NCBI RefSeq assembly: GCF_000039765.1
Contig: NC_004459.3
Location: forward strand, 390,001-422,000
From: Vibrio vulnificus CMCP6
GTDB lineage: Bacteria; Pseudomonadota; Gammaproteobacteria; Enterobacterales; Vibrionaceae
DNA: 32,000 bases
Reading direction: 5' to 3'
Below are positions 17,500 to 29,175 of the stretch, piece by piece. Each line of letters begins with the position of its first letter. The first letter of the stretch is position 1. The notes below the pieces were generated by a model, which saw only the letters and a list, made by a program, of their open reading frames with translations, was not told the origin of the DNA and ran no database searches. Made by a program: the position numbers and the translations under genes.

Positions 17500-19041
17500 A
17501 TGCAGTCTTTAGTTGATTTTCTGAATGGAATTATCTGGAGCCCGGTGCTGATTTATCTGTGCTTGGGCGCTGGTCTGTTCTACTCCATCGTGACTCGCTT
17601 TGTTCAAGTGCGTCACTTCTTCGAAATGTGGCGCCTACTCCTTTCTGGCAAAAGCTCTTCAAAAGGGATCTCCTCTTTCCAAGCATTAGCCGTTTCACTT
17701 TCTGGTCGCGTCGGTACAGGTAACATCGCAGGTGTCGCAGCAGCGATCGGTTTTGGTGGTCCGGGTGCGGTATTCTGGATGTGGGTCGTAGCCTTCTTTG
17801 GTGCTGCAACCGCCTATGCAGAATCCACACTGGCGCAAATCTACAAAGAAGAAGACAACGGTGAATTCCGTGGTGGCCCAGCTTACTACATTGAGAAGGC
17901 CATGGGTCAGAAGTGGTACGCGTGGATCTTCGCCATTGCGACCATCTTTGCGTGTGGCTTCCTACTACCAGGCGTGCAGTCGAACAGCATTGGTAATGCG
18001 GTTGAAGCGGCATTTGGTCCTGGAGAGATGATTGAGACCGCCATCGGCACCTTCAGTTTTGCGAAAATTTTCACTGGTACGGTCATCTCTGTCATCCTAG
18101 CGTTCATCATTTTTGGTGGTGTAAAACGTATCGCAAACTTCACCCAAGTCGTGGTGCCATTCATGGCATTGGCTTACATCATCACGGCGTTCGTGATCAT
18201 CCTACTCAACATTGGTGAAGTACCACGTATCATCGCGATGATCGTAGGTGATGCATTCACACCAATGGCGGGTGTCGGCGCTGCAATTGGTTGGGGTGTA
18301 AAACGTGGTGTTTACTCAAACGAAGCAGGTCAAGGTACAGGCCCTCACGCAGCGGCAGCAGCCAGTGTTGATCACCCTGCGCAGCAAGGTTTGGTGCAGT
18401 CGTTCTCAATCTACATCGATACTCTGCTCGTCTGTTCAGCGACCGCCTTTATGATTCTGATCACTGGCGCGTATAACGTTCATGGTGCGGAAGGCTTCCT
18501 CGTACAGAACATCTCAGCTGAAATCGCAGCCAACGGCCCTGTGTTTACACAAATGGCGATTGAAAGTGCATTGCCAGGCGTAGGTAAACCATTCATTGCG
18601 GTTGCGCTGTTCTTCTTCGCCTTTACCACGATTCTTGCTTACTACTACATTGCAGAAACGAACATCGCGTACATCCGTCGCAGCTTCAAAGTGAATGGTT
18701 TGATGTTTGTACTAAAAGTCGCACTGATTGCTGTCGTCTTCTACGGCACAGTGAAAACCGCGAACTTGGCATGGGCAATGGGTGATGTGGGCGTTGGCTT
18801 GATGGCATGGCTCAACATCGTTGGTATTCTAATCATCTTCTTCATGTCGAAGCCAGCGATCAAAGCGCTGCAAGATTATGAAGAGCAACAAAAGCAAGGC
18901 GTGACCGACTACACCTTCAACCCTGTAAAACTGGGTATCTCAGGAGCGACTTACTGGGAAGAGAAATACAAACGTAAAACAGGTCAAGATCCACAAACGG
19001 AAGAAAAACAAACCACCGTCGTGGAGCAGCCTTCACTCTAA
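17500..19041 (+). CDS. Alanine/glycine:cation (Na+) symporter family protein (AGCS)
   Basis: ALAVSLSGRVGTGNIAGVAAAIGFGGPGAVFWMW, GVKRGVYSNEAGQGTGPHAAAAA. Confidence 0.9.
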   Translation: MQSLVDFLNGIIWSPVLIYLCLGAGLFYSIVTRFVQVRHFFEMWRLLLSGKSSSKGISSFQALAVSLSGRVGTGNIAGVAAAIGFGGPGAVFWMWVVAFFGAATAYAESTLAQIYKEEDNGEFRGGPAYYIEKAMGQKWYAWIFAIATIFACGFLLPGVQSNSIGNAVEAAFGPGEMIETAIGTFSFAKIFTGTVISVILAFIIFGGVKRIANFTQVVVPFMALAYIITAFVIILLNIGEVPRIIAMIVGDAFTPMAGVGAAIGWGVKRGVYSNEAGQGTGPHAAAAASVDHPAQQGLVQSFSIYIDTLLVCSATAFMILITGAYNVHGAEGFLVQNISAEIAANGPVFTQMAIESALPGVGKPFIAVALFFFAFTTILAYYYIAETNIAYIRRSFKVNGLMFVLKVALIAVVFYGTVKTANLAWAMGDVGVGLMAWLNIVGILIIFFMSKPAIKALQDYEEQQKQGVTDYTFNPVKLGISGATYWEEKYKRKTGQDPQTEEKQTTVVEQPSL

Positions 19042-19112
19042 CTTCTCAGGAAGTAAACACAACATCGTACAATAAGAAAAAGGCAGTGTTGCCCTCACGG
19101 GCAAATAAAAAA

Positions 19113-19141
19113 AAGGGGTTAGCCATTGGCTAACCCCTTTC
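19113..19141. terminator. Terminator between convergent AGCS and SatP-like genes
   Basis: AAAGGGGTTAGCC-ATT-GGCTAACCCCTTT, preceded by an A-tract (a T-tract on the minus strand). Confidence 0.85.
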
Positions 19142-19166
19142 ATTTCTGTTCCCAAAACGATGTGGC

Positions 19167-19760
19167 TTATGCAGCAAGCTCTTGCGCGTTCACTGCTGGT
19201 GCTTTCTTTTCACCAATAGGCAAAATAGTGCGGCCATATTCGTTGTTTAGCACTTGCGCCATAGCAAAATAGATTGCGCTCGCACCACAGAAGATGCCTT
19301 CAAAGCCCGCGATCGTGCCGATAAGTTCGCTGCCCGTAAAATCACGTGCTGCTAGCAGTGCAAACAGAATGGTCAATGAACCAAATACCACTTGTTTTGC
19401 TGTTGGGTAGCACAGCGAGCCAATGAACATGAAACCAGTGAAAATACCCCACAGAGCAAGGTACCAACCCATGAAATTTGCAGGGCTTGCTGGTAGACCC
19501 ATGTATGGCATCACGATCAACGCAACCAGCGTCAACCAGAATAGACCGTAAGACGTAAACGCTGTGGTACCAAAGGTATCACCACGCTTAAAGCACATGA
19601 TGCCTACGATCACTTGGCTTAGACCACCGTAAAAGATGCCCATTGCCAAGATCATTGAGTCAATCGGGAAGAAACCTGCATTGTGAATGTTGAGCAGGAT
19701 AGTAGTCATACCGAAACCCATTAGACCAAGTGGCGCTGGGTTAGCCAGTTTAGTAGACAT
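19167..19760 (-). CDS. Acetate/succinate permease-like protein, GPR1/FUN34/YaaH (SatP) family
   Basis: NPAPLGLMGFGMTTILLNIHNAGF, FYGGLSQVIVGI, TAFTSYGLFWLTL. Confidence 0.85.
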   Translation of the reverse strand: MSTKLANPAPLGLMGFGMTTILLNIHNAGFFPIDSMILAMGIFYGGLSQVIVGIMCFKRGDTFGTTAFTSYGLFWLTLVALIVMPYMGLPASPANFMGWYLALWGIFTGFMFIGSLCYPTAKQVVFGSLTILFALLAARDFTGSELIGTIAGFEGIFCGASAIYFAMAQVLNNEYGRTILPIGEKKAPAVNAQELAA

Positions 19761-19920
19761 AAACGCGTACCTTTTCAAAAATGTTTATAAAAATTACGCG
19801 CGGATTTTAATGAAGCGTTGAATAAAAGATAGCTAGCTAAAGTGCAAACTAAGATTTCATATTAAACGAGCTGAATAAACAAACTCTGGCATAGCCAGAG
19901 TTTGTTTGAGGTTAGAAAGG

Positions 19921-21612
19921 TTACTGACAAGAAATCTCATCCCAGAACCAGTTTGATTGCGTTGGCGTCTCCCAAACTCCTGGGCCATTTTTAGCGATAA
20001 AGCACTTACCGTTGTAAGTCACTTTTTCACCATTCGCAACCTGCGTCATTCCCGGTTCCCACTGAATAAAGGTACCTGGGACTGGGGTTGGCTCTGGCGT
20101 CGGATCCGGTGTTGGCTCTGGGTCCGGAGTCGGATCTGGCGTTGGTACAGGATCTGGTGTTGGCGTTGGCTCTGTTGGTGTTCCCGCCACCAATTCCCAA
20201 GGCCCACCTAAGCTTGGGTCGTTGCCTTGTGTCCACCACTTCGCCTTGTATGTCGCACCTTTGTAAGTGACTTGGTCGCCAGCTACGTAAACTTTACTTG
20301 CGCTCCACTCATTGCCACCCGGTTGGGTTCCAGGGTCAACAGGGTCTAGTTTGTCAACTACACGCACTTCTGGCCAACTTGCGTGCGAGCCATAGAAGTT
20401 AGTCACACATTTTTCGTAGTCGCCAGGTACTAAGGCCGAATAGGCCGTTTGGAAGCCCACCAATTCACACTCAAAGGAATAGCCTCCTGGACGATCGGCG
20501 TAATATTTCCAGTTGCCGTCCCAGTTGGTGTAGAGCACGTCGGTTGCACCATTGAGGTTCAAACTACCATAAGGGGTTTGCTGCCAACAGGTGTTCTTCT
20601 CATCCGCTTCCACAGGGATTTGATAGTGCGATGCCAGCCCTTCCCAGTAACGAATACGGTTAACCGGCTGGCCTTTGTCTTTATTCTGCTCACCACACTC
20701 AATGCCACCATTGATGACGTTAATCGTGGTACCAAAGCCGTAGCCAATGCCTGCGTCCACTTCACGTTGGGACGGCACCCAAGTACGGTCGATCACATGC
20801 AGCATGGCTGGTTTCGGTGCTTGAGGCGTTAAGAAAAACCAAATGGCTGAAGCGAGATTTAACCAAGAGTCCGCCACCAAAGCTGGATTCTTAAGCAGCA
20901 CGGTGGCATCACCATCGTACATCACTTCCGAAAAGGCCCCGTAGTTGAAGTGGTAAGAAAGCTGTTTTGCCCCACGGCCAAAATAGCCCTGCCCCGCTTC
21001 ACACGGCCAACGTTTGTTTTGCCAATCGTTTTGGCCACAACCCGTGGTGTAACCGGCTTGGCCTTCCGACCACCCCATTTCACGAACATGAACTAACGCT
21101 TGTTGCCACTCTTCCAGACCTAGTGGGTTATCAGAGACGTTGTCAATCGCAATGTGGCCACCGGTTTCTTGCGCGAAATGAGCAAAGGCAGTCACGATGG
21201 ATTTTTTACAGATCGCATCTGAATCTCGCCCGTCGGTGTACTCGCCACAGAAAGCAGGGAACTTACCTATCGCCTTTAAAAAACGCGTATAAGTGTATTC
21301 GGGCGCAGCCATATGAGTGAGAAAATCCCATTCACTTTGTGGGAAAACACGTTCAGTACGCTTTACGTTATCAGGGTTGCTCGCCGCACCGGGAGCAATG
21401 GCTTCGACGATGGTATTCGAGCGTGTTTCTAACGCCTTCGACCAAATTGCGTACATGGGATCTGCCGTTTGCGCTTGCTCTGCGGCTTGCAGATCCACTC
21501 GTGAAACAACATATCCATTCGGGTTTTGAGGGTCTGGTTGGATATTCATTGCCGCTTGCGCTCCAGCGGCTAACGTGCATCCGATCAGAACCGACAGATG
21601 GGAAATCTTCAT
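19921..21612 (-). CDS. Secreted GH19 family chitinase with chitin-binding module(s)
   Basis: Signal peptide, [35 protein letters not shown]-terminal CBM5/12-like module ([23 protein letters not shown]), PT-rich linker and a second C-terminal module. Confidence 0.85.
   Translation of the reverse strand: MKISHLSVLIGCTLAAGAQAAMNIQPDPQNPNGYVVSRVDLQAAEQAQTADPMYAIWSKALETRSNTIVEAIAPGAASNPDNVKRTERVFPQSEWDFLTHMAAPEYTYTRFLKAIGKFPAFCGEYTDGRDSDAICKKSIVTAFAHFAQETGGHIAIDNVSDNPLGLEEWQQALVHVREMGWSEGQAGYTTGCGQNDWQNKRWPCEAGQGYFGRGAKQLSYHFNYGAFSEVMYDGDATVLLKNPALVADSWLNLASAIWFFLTPQAPKPAMLHVIDRTWVPSQREVDAGIGYGFGTTINVINGGIECGEQNKDKGQPVNRIRYWEGLASHYQIPVEADEKNTCWQQTPYGSLNLNGATDVLYTNWDGNWKYYADRPGGYSFECELVGFQTAYSALVPGDYEKCVTNFYGSHASWPEVRVVDKLDPVDPGTQPGGNEWSASKVYVAGDQVTYKGATYKAKWWTQGNDPSLGGPWELVAGTPTEPTPTPDPVPTPDPTPDPEPTPDPTPEPTPVPGTFIQWEPGMTQVANGEKVTYNGKCFIAKNGPGVWETPTQSNWFWDEISCQ
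20074..20184 (-). repeat. Low-complexity Pro/Thr/Asp/Glu linker-coding repeat in the chitinase gene
   Basis: Encodes [34 protein letters not shown]. Confidence 0.8.
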
Positions 21613-21813
21613 TCTTCCTTATCCTTTTTCTCTACACAAAAAATGTTACATTTCTGGCAGATTAGACCTTAATCCTCGGTAAAGTCAGAGAGATTCACCA
21701 TTATTGAACAAAACTGCGAGTCATTTCAGCATCATGCAAATCGAACAACGTTCTACGACAAAGCGAATGCAGCCCCTGTTCCAAAACCAACAACCCGAGT
21801 AAACAGTAATAAA

Positions 21814-21839
21814 AAACCCCGAGAGTTCACTCGGGGTTT
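21814..21839 (-). terminator. Terminator of guaA
   Basis: AAACCCCGAG-AGTTCA-CTCGGGGTTT. On the minus strand it is followed by a T-tract. Confidence 0.85.
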
Positions 21840-21873
21840 ATTCGATAGATCAATGCAATGCGTTAACGCAAGA

Positions 21874-23427
21874 TTATTCCCATTCGATGGTTGCTGGTGG
21901 CTTACCAGAGATATCGTAAACCACGCGTGAGATGCCGTTTACTTCATTGATAATACGGTTAGAAACCTTACCTAGGAAATCGTACGGTAGGTGTGCCCAA
22001 TGCGCCGTCATGAAGTCGATGGTCTCTACGGCACGTAGTGATACCACCCAGTCATACTTACGGCCATCGCCCATTACACCTACAGAACGCACTGGTAGGA
22101 ATACCGTAAACGCTTGAGATACTTTGTTGTAAAGATCCGCAGCATGGAGCTCTTCAATAAAGATAGCGTCCGCACGACGTAGCAAATCACAGTACTCTTT
22201 CTTGATTTCACCAAGAACACGAACACCTAGACCCGGACCAGGGAATGGGTGGCGGTAAAGCATTTCGTAAGGTAGGCCAAGTTCTAGGCCAATCTTACGT
22301 ACTTCATCTTTGAACAGTTCACGCAGTGGCTCAACAAGACCCATTTCCATATCGTCTGGCAGACCGCCCACGTTATGGTGAGATTTGATTACGTGCGCTT
22401 TACCTGTCTTAGAGGCTGCTGACTCGATTACGTCTGGGTAGATAGTACCTTGAGCGAGCCATTTCGCATTTTTCAGCTTCTTCGATTCTTCATCAAAGAC
22501 ATCGACGAATACGTGACCGATGGTCTTACGTTTCTCTTCAGGATCAGATTTGCCTTCAAGTGCTTTTAGGAAACGCTCTTCAGCATCAACTTTGATGATG
22601 TTTAGGCCAAACTTGTCGCCAAACATGTCCATCACTTGCTGACCTTCGTTTAAACGAAGTAGACCGTTATCAACGAAGACACACGTTAGCTTGTCGCCGA
22701 TTGCACGGTGAACCAACATGGCTACTACTGATGAATCCACACCACCAGATAGACCTAGGATCACTTCATCGTCACCCACTTGCTCTTTAATACGAGCAAC
22801 CGCATCTTCGATGATGGATTCTGAAGTCCATAGACGCTCACAACCACAGATGCCAAGAACAAAGTTCTCTAGCATTTGTAAGCCATTTTTAGTGTGCGTT
22901 ACTTCTGGGTGGAACTGAACACCGTAGTATTTCTTCTCTTCGTTCGCCATTGCAGCGTAAGGACAAGTGTCTGTTTCACCTACTTTGGTGAAGCCCGCTG
23001 GAATCTCAACGACTTTGTCACCGTGGCTCATCCATACATCTTGAGTAGCTTCAAGATCTTTGAAAATAGCTGACTCACCAGACACTTTTACAGCTGCATA
23101 GCCAAACTCGCGCTCGTCAGAAGTCGATACTTTTCCGCCTAGCTGCTCAGCCATGGTCTGCATGCCGTAACAAACACCCAGTACTGGCACGCCTGAATCG
23201 AATACATATTGAGGTGCGCGAGGAGAGTTATCTTCTGTCACGCTCTCTGGGCCACCAGAAAGAATAATACCGTCTGGGTTGAATTCACGAATATCCGCTT
23301 CTTCAACATCCCAGCTCCAAAGCTCACAGTAAACGCCGATTTCACGTACGCGGCGCGCAACAAGTTGAGTGTACTGCGAACCGAAATCTAGGATCAGAAT
23401 ACGTTGGTCATGAATATTTTTAGTCAT
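21874..23427 (-). CDS. guaA: GMP synthase (glutamine-hydrolysing)
   Basis: [59 protein letters not shown]-terminal [21 protein letters not shown]. Confidence 0.98.
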   Translation of the reverse strand: MTKNIHDQRILILDFGSQYTQLVARRVREIGVYCELWSWDVEEADIREFNPDGIILSGGPESVTEDNSPRAPQYVFDSGVPVLGVCYGMQTMAEQLGGKVSTSDEREFGYAAVKVSGESAIFKDLEATQDVWMSHGDKVVEIPAGFTKVGETDTCPYAAMANEEKKYYGVQFHPEVTHTKNGLQMLENFVLGICGCERLWTSESIIEDAVARIKEQVGDDEVILGLSGGVDSSVVAMLVHRAIGDKLTCVFVDNGLLRLNEGQQVMDMFGDKFGLNIIKVDAEERFLKALEGKSDPEEKRKTIGHVFVDVFDEESKKLKNAKWLAQGTIYPDVIESAASKTGKAHVIKSHHNVGGLPDDMEMGLVEPLRELFKDEVRKIGLELGLPYEMLYRHPFPGPGLGVRVLGEIKKEYCDLLRRADAIFIEELHAADLYNKVSQAFTVFLPVRSVGVMGDGRKYDWVVSLRAVETIDFMTAHWAHLPYDFLGKVSNRIINEVNGISRVVYDISGKPPATIEWE

Positions 23428-23509
23428 TGAGGTTAATCTCGATATCAAATTTGGTGGATGGGGAGCCCATCTCGCTCCCCATAAGCTTTAAATTTCAACT
23501 CAGGGTCAA

Positions 23510-24973
23510 TTAACCCAAGCGATAGTTAGGTGCTTCTTTGGTGATTTGTACATCGTGCACGTGAGACTCTTGCATGCCCGCGCCCGTAATGCGTACGAAT
23601 TCAGCTTTAGTGCGCATTTCTTCGATCGTTGCACTGCCTGTTAGGCCCATGCTTGAACGTAGACCACCCATTTGCTGGTGAACGATCTCTTTTAGGCGGC
23701 CTTTGTACGCGATACGGCCTTCGATACCTTCTGGTACCAGCTTGTCTGCTGCGTTGTCTGACTGGAAATAACGATCTGAAGAACCTTGAGACATTGCGCC
23801 CAAAGAACCCATACCACGGTAAGCTTTGTAAGAACGGCCGTTGTAAAGAATCACTTCACCCGGTGCTTCTTCAGTACCCGCAAACATAGAACCAACCATC
23901 ACACAAGATGCGCCCGCCGCAATCGCTTTACAGATATCACCAGAGAAACGGATACCGCCATCAGCAATCACTGGCACGCCATATTGGTTCGCTACTTCCG
24001 CTGCGTCTGCAATCGCGGTAATTTGTGGAACGCCTACGCCAGTTACGATACGAGTCGTACAGATAGAGCCTGGGCCAATACCCACTTTTACTGCGCTAAC
24101 GCCCGCTTCAATCAGGGCTTTGGCACCCGCCGCTGTCGCAACGTTGCCGCCAATGATATCAAGATTCGGGAATGCCGCTCGTGTATCACGAATACGTTGT
24201 AAAACACCTTCTGAGTGACCATGTGAAGAGTCAATCAACAGTACATCAACACCGGCTTCAACCAGTGCAGCAACGCGTTCTTCGTTACCCGCGCCCGCAC
24301 CAACCGCTGCGCCTACGCGTAGACGACCTTGCGCATCTTTACATGCGTTTGGTTTACGTTCTGCTTTGTGGAAGTCTTTTGCCGTGATCATGCCGGTCAA
24401 TTGGAAATCATCATTCACAACCAGTACTTTCTCAACGCGTGCTTCATGCATTTTTTCTTGCACTTCAGCGCGAGTTGCACCTTCTTTTACGGCAGCCAAG
24501 TTTTCTTTTGGCGTCATGACAGAAGAGACTTTCTTAGACAGGTCTGTCACAAAACGTACGTCACGACCGGTGATGATACCCACTAGCTCATTGCTTTCAG
24601 TAACCACTGGGAAACCAGCAAAACCGTGCTTGTCGGTCAGCGCAACCACATCCGCGATGGTCGCATCAGGGCTTACAGTGACAGGATCCGTTACCACACC
24701 CGCTTCAAACTTCTTCACTTTACGAACTTCAGCAGCTTGCTGTTCGATAGACATATTCTTGTGAATAAAGCCAATGCCACCTTCCTGCGCAAGTGCAATA
24801 GCGAGACGAGCTTCCGTCACGGTATCCATCGAGGCAGAGATCATAGGAATGTTCAGTGTGATGTTTTTGGTCAACTGAGTGCGAAGATCAGCTGTGTTTG
24901 GGAGAACAGTGGAGTGAGCTGGCACGAGTAGTACGTCATCGAATGTCAGCGCTTCTTTGGCAATTCTTAGCAT
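23510..24973 (-). CDS. guaB: Inosine-5'-monophosphate dehydrogenase
   Basis: [28 protein letters not shown] domains, [30 protein letters not shown]. Confidence 0.98.
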   Translation of the reverse strand: MLRIAKEALTFDDVLLVPAHSTVLPNTADLRTQLTKNITLNIPMISASMDTVTEARLAIALAQEGGIGFIHKNMSIEQQAAEVRKVKKFEAGVVTDPVTVSPDATIADVVALTDKHGFAGFPVVTESNELVGIITGRDVRFVTDLSKKVSSVMTPKENLAAVKEGATRAEVQEKMHEARVEKVLVVNDDFQLTGMITAKDFHKAERKPNACKDAQGRLRVGAAVGAGAGNEERVAALVEAGVDVLLIDSSHGHSEGVLQRIRDTRAAFPNLDIIGGNVATAAGAKALIEAGVSAVKVGIGPGSICTTRIVTGVGVPQITAIADAAEVANQYGVPVIADGGIRFSGDICKAIAAGASCVMVGSMFAGTEEAPGEVILYNGRSYKAYRGMGSLGAMSQGSSDRYFQSDNAADKLVPEGIEGRIAYKGRLKEIVHQQMGGLRSSMGLTGSATIEEMRTKAEFVRITGAGMQESHVHDVQITKEAPNYRLG

Positions 24974-25101
24974 TTGCAATATCTCACAATATGTAGAGGT
25001 AAAAAGAACAATCCAATCTCATCGTTTCGCATAATGAGGGCAGCAGGCTTTAAGCAACTTGCTACATTTGGATTAGATATTGCGGACGGATTATACGGCC
25101 A

Positions 25102-25117
25102 ACGCAATCGCTTGACC
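25102..25117. promoter_or_regulatory. Possible PurR operator between guaB and xseA
   Basis: ACGCAATCGCTTGACC resembles the PurR consensus ACGCAAACGTTTGCGT and lies upstream of guaB, a known PurR target in E. coli. Confidence 0.45.
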
Positions 25118-25206
25118 ACAAATTTTTTAATTTTTTTCTTGCATTCACCCTCTTGCTATGTATTATATTGCGGCTAACTTCCATACCCACGTCTACGGGA
25201 TTAGCT

Positions 25207-26538
25207 TTGTCTTCTCTGACCAATCCAAACATCTTCACCGTTTCACGTTTAAATTCTGAAGTTCGTTTATTGCTTGAAAACCAATTAGGCATTGTTTGGT
25301 TAGTGGGAGAGATTTCTAACTTCTCTGCACCGGTTTCTGGTCACTGGTACTTCACCCTTAAAGATTCAATGGCACAAGTAAAATGCGCCATGTTTAGAGG
25401 GAATAACCGCCTCGTTTCTTTTAAGCCCACCAATGGTAATCAAGTGTTGGTCAAAGCACGTCTTTCGTTGTACGAGCCACGTGGTGATTATCAGTTGATC
25501 ATCGAAAGCATGCAGCCAGAAGGCGATGGTCGTCTGCAACAGCAATTTGATGCGTTAAAAATGAAACTGGCCAGCGAAGGGCTTTTCGCCCAATCCAGCA
25601 AACAGGCCATTCCAGAGCACCCGAAGTGTGTAGGCATTATCACCTCGAAGACAGGTGCAGCGCTTTATGACATTCTCGATGTACTGAAACGCCGAGATCC
25701 TTCTCTTCCTGTGGTCATTTATCCGACTCTGGTGCAAGGAGAAGAGGCCGCCATTCAAATCGCTCAAGCGATTGGTCGAGCAAACAGCCGTAACGAATGT
25801 GATGTCTTAATTGTCGGTCGTGGCGGTGGCTCATTGGAAGATCTTTGGTGCTTTAACAATGAAATTGTCGCCCGCACTATTGCTGCCAGCCAAATCCCAA
25901 TTATCTCTGCGGTTGGCCACGAGATTGATGTGACGATCGCAGACTTTGTTGCAGATTTACGCGCACCAACGCCATCCGCAGCAGCAGAACTGGTTAGCCG
26001 TGATAACAGCCACAAAGATCAAGCCTTAATGAGCCGTGAGCAAAAACTGCGCGCAGCATGGCGTCATTACCTCACCGAGCAAAATCGCACCATAGTCTCG
26101 CTGAGCCATCGACTAGAGAAACAGCATCCTCGCTATCGCTTGATGCGTCAGACTCAGCAAGCTGATGAGTTGCAGATCCGCTTACAACGAGCTATGGAAA
26201 AGTATCTGGCACAACGAGAACAAAAGGTATCTCGTGTTCAGCACAAACTGCAGTTGCTTTCACCTGTTCGTCAAATCAGTGAACAAAAAAATGCGCTTGC
26301 ACGAGTGGAACAGAAGATGATGGATGCAATGGACCGCAAGCTGCTAAGGTTGCGCCACCAGATCGCGATCGCGGCGGAGAAACTCGACACTGTAAGCCCC
26401 TTGGCGACACTGAAACGAGGCTACTCCATTACGCAAAGTGAATCAGGTGACGTGATTACGCGTCAATCACAAATTAAAACGGGCGACACTTTGGTCACCC
26501 GCTTATCCGATGGTGAAATACGCTCTACCGTGAACTAA
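25207..26538 (+). CDS. xseA: Exodeoxyribonuclease VII large subunit
   Basis: [52 protein letters not shown] start giving (M)SSLTNPNIF fits homologues better than the longer track ORF from 25153. Confidence 0.95.
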   Translation: MSSLTNPNIFTVSRLNSEVRLLLENQLGIVWLVGEISNFSAPVSGHWYFTLKDSMAQVKCAMFRGNNRLVSFKPTNGNQVLVKARLSLYEPRGDYQLIIESMQPEGDGRLQQQFDALKMKLASEGLFAQSSKQAIPEHPKCVGIITSKTGAALYDILDVLKRRDPSLPVVIYPTLVQGEEAAIQIAQAIGRANSRNECDVLIVGRGGGSLEDLWCFNNEIVARTIAASQIPIISAVGHEIDVTIADFVADLRAPTPSAAAELVSRDNSHKDQALMSREQKLRAAWRHYLTEQNRTIVSLSHRLEKQHPRYRLMRQTQQADELQIRLQRAMEKYLAQREQKVSRVQHKLQLLSPVRQISEQKNALARVEQKMMDAMDRKLLRLRHQIAIAAEKLDTVSPLATLKRGYSITQSESGDVITRQSQIKTGDTLVTRLSDGEIRSTVN

Positions 26539-26570
26539 TCCATGGCTTAATCTGTGGTAACGGTTTGGGC

Positions 26571-26801
26571 TTATTCTGCGGGTTTCTCTTTGAACTGAAA
26601 GCGAATTCTTGATTTTGATTTAAGCTCGTTGCAGTGATTACAGAAGTAATTCGCCGCACCGCACGCTTGCAGTTTCTCTAATTCAGCCTCACATTCTGGG
26701 CAAAATCCAAGCTTGGTAAACTCTTTATCACACTGTTGGCAGTGATACTGTCCGTTCCACTCCAGCTCCTGCTGGCAAATCGGGCAATGATTCTCGTTCA
26801 T
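26571..26801 (-). CDS. Zinc-ribbon protein (YfgJ-like)
   Basis: Four CXXC pairs (CPIC, CQQC, CPEC, CNHC). Position between xseA and der matches yfgJ. Confidence 0.8.
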   Translation of the reverse strand: MNENHCPICQQELEWNGQYHCQQCDKEFTKLGFCPECEAELEKLQACGAANYFCNHCNELKSKSRIRFQFKEKPAE

Positions 26802-26827
26802 TTTCTTTTCTCGTTGTCACTATGAGA

Positions 26828-27850
26828 TCAATTCAATCTTGCACTCACGGTTTGGTGAGCACGTTTTACTTGATACATGCAGATGTCAGCTTGACGAATA
26901 AGTGCATCCACGTTGGCCAAGGACTCACCTTCCGCATAGTCCGCGCCAATACTGACTGAAACAGAATAATCCTCGATCAAGAAGAACATTTTGATCTTGC
27001 TTTGTAATTGCTGATAAAACGCTTGGAACGCCTGTTTGTGCACAAATGGGCAAATCGCGACAAACTCATCACCTCCGTAACGAGAAATGACAGCGTGTTG
27101 AGGAAACTGCGCCATTAACCAATTGGCCAAATTGATTAACACGGCATCACCAACATCATGGCCAAACCGATCATTGATGTACTTAAACTCATCAACATCA
27201 ATAAAGAAACAGCCAATCCCATACTCACTGTGCCGAGCTGTTTCTAGCAAAGGTTCGGATTCCAAGTAGAAGATTCGTCGGTTGTAACACTGCGTCAGAG
27301 GATCGCGATTTACGTGATAGTGAAGTTGTTCTTCTAAGTGATACTTTTCTAGTGCTATCGAATAAAGCGCAGCGAGAAGATCCAAGATTTCCAGTTCTTC
27401 TTTTGCTGGTTTAGAAGGCATGTCGCTGTAAATGGCAAAGGTGCCCAGCACTTTATCTTGTCGGGAAACAATCGGGACGGACCAACATGCCGCCACATTC
27501 GCCGCTTTCGCTAACTCGGCATAGGGCTGCCAATTCGGGTGACTCTCAATATCACTCACGACCACGGACTTTCCGCTATAAGCTGCAGCTCCACACGATC
27601 CTACCCTTTCACCAATCTCGACACCTTCAATTGCTTGATTGTAAAAATCAGGAAGATTCGGGGCGTATTCAAGATGCAGCGTATTGTGCTGCGGATCCAG
27701 CTTCAAAATCGAGGCCTTACGAGATCCAAACAGATGCTCTGACAAGGATACAATTTCTCGATTTAACTGATCTTTCTCCAATCCTAAGGCTAACTTCCCC
27801 AACAATTGATTGATCGACCTATGGGCGTCCAAAAGTCTCATGCTATCCAT
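26828..27850 (-). CDS. GAF domain-containing diguanylate cyclase (GGDEF)
   Basis: N-terminal GAF-like region, C-terminal DPLTQCYNRRIF...FFIDVDEFKYINDRFGHDVGDAVL...SRYGGDEFVAICP. Confidence 0.9.
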   Translation of the reverse strand: MDSMRLLDAHRSINQLLGKLALGLEKDQLNREIVSLSEHLFGSRKASILKLDPQHNTLHLEYAPNLPDFYNQAIEGVEIGERVGSCGAAAYSGKSVVVSDIESHPNWQPYAELAKAANVAACWSVPIVSRQDKVLGTFAIYSDMPSKPAKEELEILDLLAALYSIALEKYHLEEQLHYHVNRDPLTQCYNRRIFYLESEPLLETARHSEYGIGCFFIDVDEFKYINDRFGHDVGDAVLINLANWLMAQFPQHAVISRYGGDEFVAICPFVHKQAFQAFYQQLQSKIKMFFLIEDYSVSVSIGADYAEGESLANVDALIRQADICMYQVKRAHQTVSARLN

Positions 27851-27894
27851 AACAGCGCTCTAGTGTACTAACTTTACTCAATATTATTATGATT

Positions 27895-27933
27895 TACCCT
27901 AGTGTTGTTGATTCACTCAGCAACTCTAGGGTA
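27895..27933. repeat. Inverted repeat TACCCTAGTGTTG...CAACTCTAGGGTA
   Basis: 12 of 13 positions pair, 13-nt loop, in the 319-bp intergenic region. Confidence 0.7.
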
Positions 27934-28169
27934 TGGTTAGCTGGAGTTTAACAGAACGATAACATCAATAATCAGACCTTAAACACGCTTATCGGATCTT
28001 ATCTTGATCGTCTGGTTATTTTATTTTGATCAGCGATCTGCCTAAAAAAGAACATTTATATAACCACACCCCGAAAGCATAAGTTACATATGCTGCATTT
28101 CAATTTTAAACAACATAAAAATCCATATAGGCATATTTGAATCTGTATTTTTGGTTTTTTATATAAAGA

Positions 28170-29054
28170 TCATTTTTCTCTGTTGGGCGTGACTTGCGTG
28201 TGCATTTCAATGGTCTGCTCATCCAACAGCACCAATGTAACGGCAATCTCTTTCATTTCGAACAGCCCAGCAGCATGCGTTCCCCCACAAGGGATAATCG
28301 CCGTTGAGGCTTCTCCCAAATCACATTGCCAGTAACGAGAGTCGGTTAAATATTCGCCATGACAGTTCATGAATATTTCGGATCCGCGAGCAAGCCAGTG
28401 CTCAAGCTGTACATTGACCTCGGATTCAATCTCTTGAATATTTTCCACCACATCAGCACTGTTCAGCCCTCTTTTGCGTAGCGTTTTTCCCAGTCGATAG
28501 GTGTCTAGACAACACTCTGGCGTCACAACGCTACTCTCTTGAGCATAACTGTTAAAATCATAGTAACCATGAGGGTCTTTGCGATCGGCATCTTTGCGCC
28601 AGTAACCTTGCGCCAAGACTTTATTCAATGCCAGATAGGCTAAATGCCCTGCACTGTGACCTCGACTCAGGCTTTGTTGATATTCTTTGTCGACACTCAA
28701 TCGTACTTTGCTTCCAACAGAAAGTTGCCCACGCTCGGCTTCAATTTCATGAACCACTACGAAGCTCCATCCCTCTGTATCTCGCTTTACAGGTATCGCT
28801 TGATCAACAAACAGGCGCCCTGTAGAGCACTCTACAGCGCCAACCCAACAACCGATGATGGGCCACTCTTTGCCATCCGCGATAAGACTTCCCCGATCTG
28901 CAGGATGATCTGGCCAAATATGACTGACCGGATGAAATGGAGTGTGCTGAGTCACGACATAAAGAGAATGTTCATTGGCTGAAGTGAGTACAATGTCACT
29001 CTCCAACTGCCAGGTCTGATGACAAAAGCGAACCTTAGTGGGTGTTATCTGCAT
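28170..29054 (-). CDS. AlaX-like alanyl-tRNA editing (AlaRS second additional domain) protein
   Basis: RGHSAGHLAYLALNK (HxxxH) and IIPCGGTHAAGL (CxxxH) motifs. Confidence 0.75.
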   Translation of the reverse strand: MQITPTKVRFCHQTWQLESDIVLTSANEHSLYVVTQHTPFHPVSHIWPDHPADRGSLIADGKEWPIIGCWVGAVECSTGRLFVDQAIPVKRDTEGWSFVVVHEIEAERGQLSVGSKVRLSVDKEYQQSLSRGHSAGHLAYLALNKVLAQGYWRKDADRKDPHGYYDFNSYAQESSVVTPECCLDTYRLGKTLRKRGLNSADVVENIQEIESEVNVQLEHWLARGSEIFMNCHGEYLTDSRYWQCDLGEASTAIIPCGGTHAAGLFEMKEIAVTLVLLDEQTIEMHTQVTPNREK

Positions 29055-29175
29055 ATTTCTTATCTCAACAAAGAGGCATCATCCGCTCAACGAATGATGT
29101 GGCATGTTATCCATATTGGGAAACGGAAAATAAAAAAATGCCCAAGTAAAACTTGGGCATCAAAAACAGTTCAGA

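Noticed and set aside
20074-20184. Repeat array that superficially looks CRISPR-like or like tandem DNA repeats
   Set aside because: It is an in-frame low-complexity linker in the chitinase gene. There are no regular spacers and no cas genes in the window.
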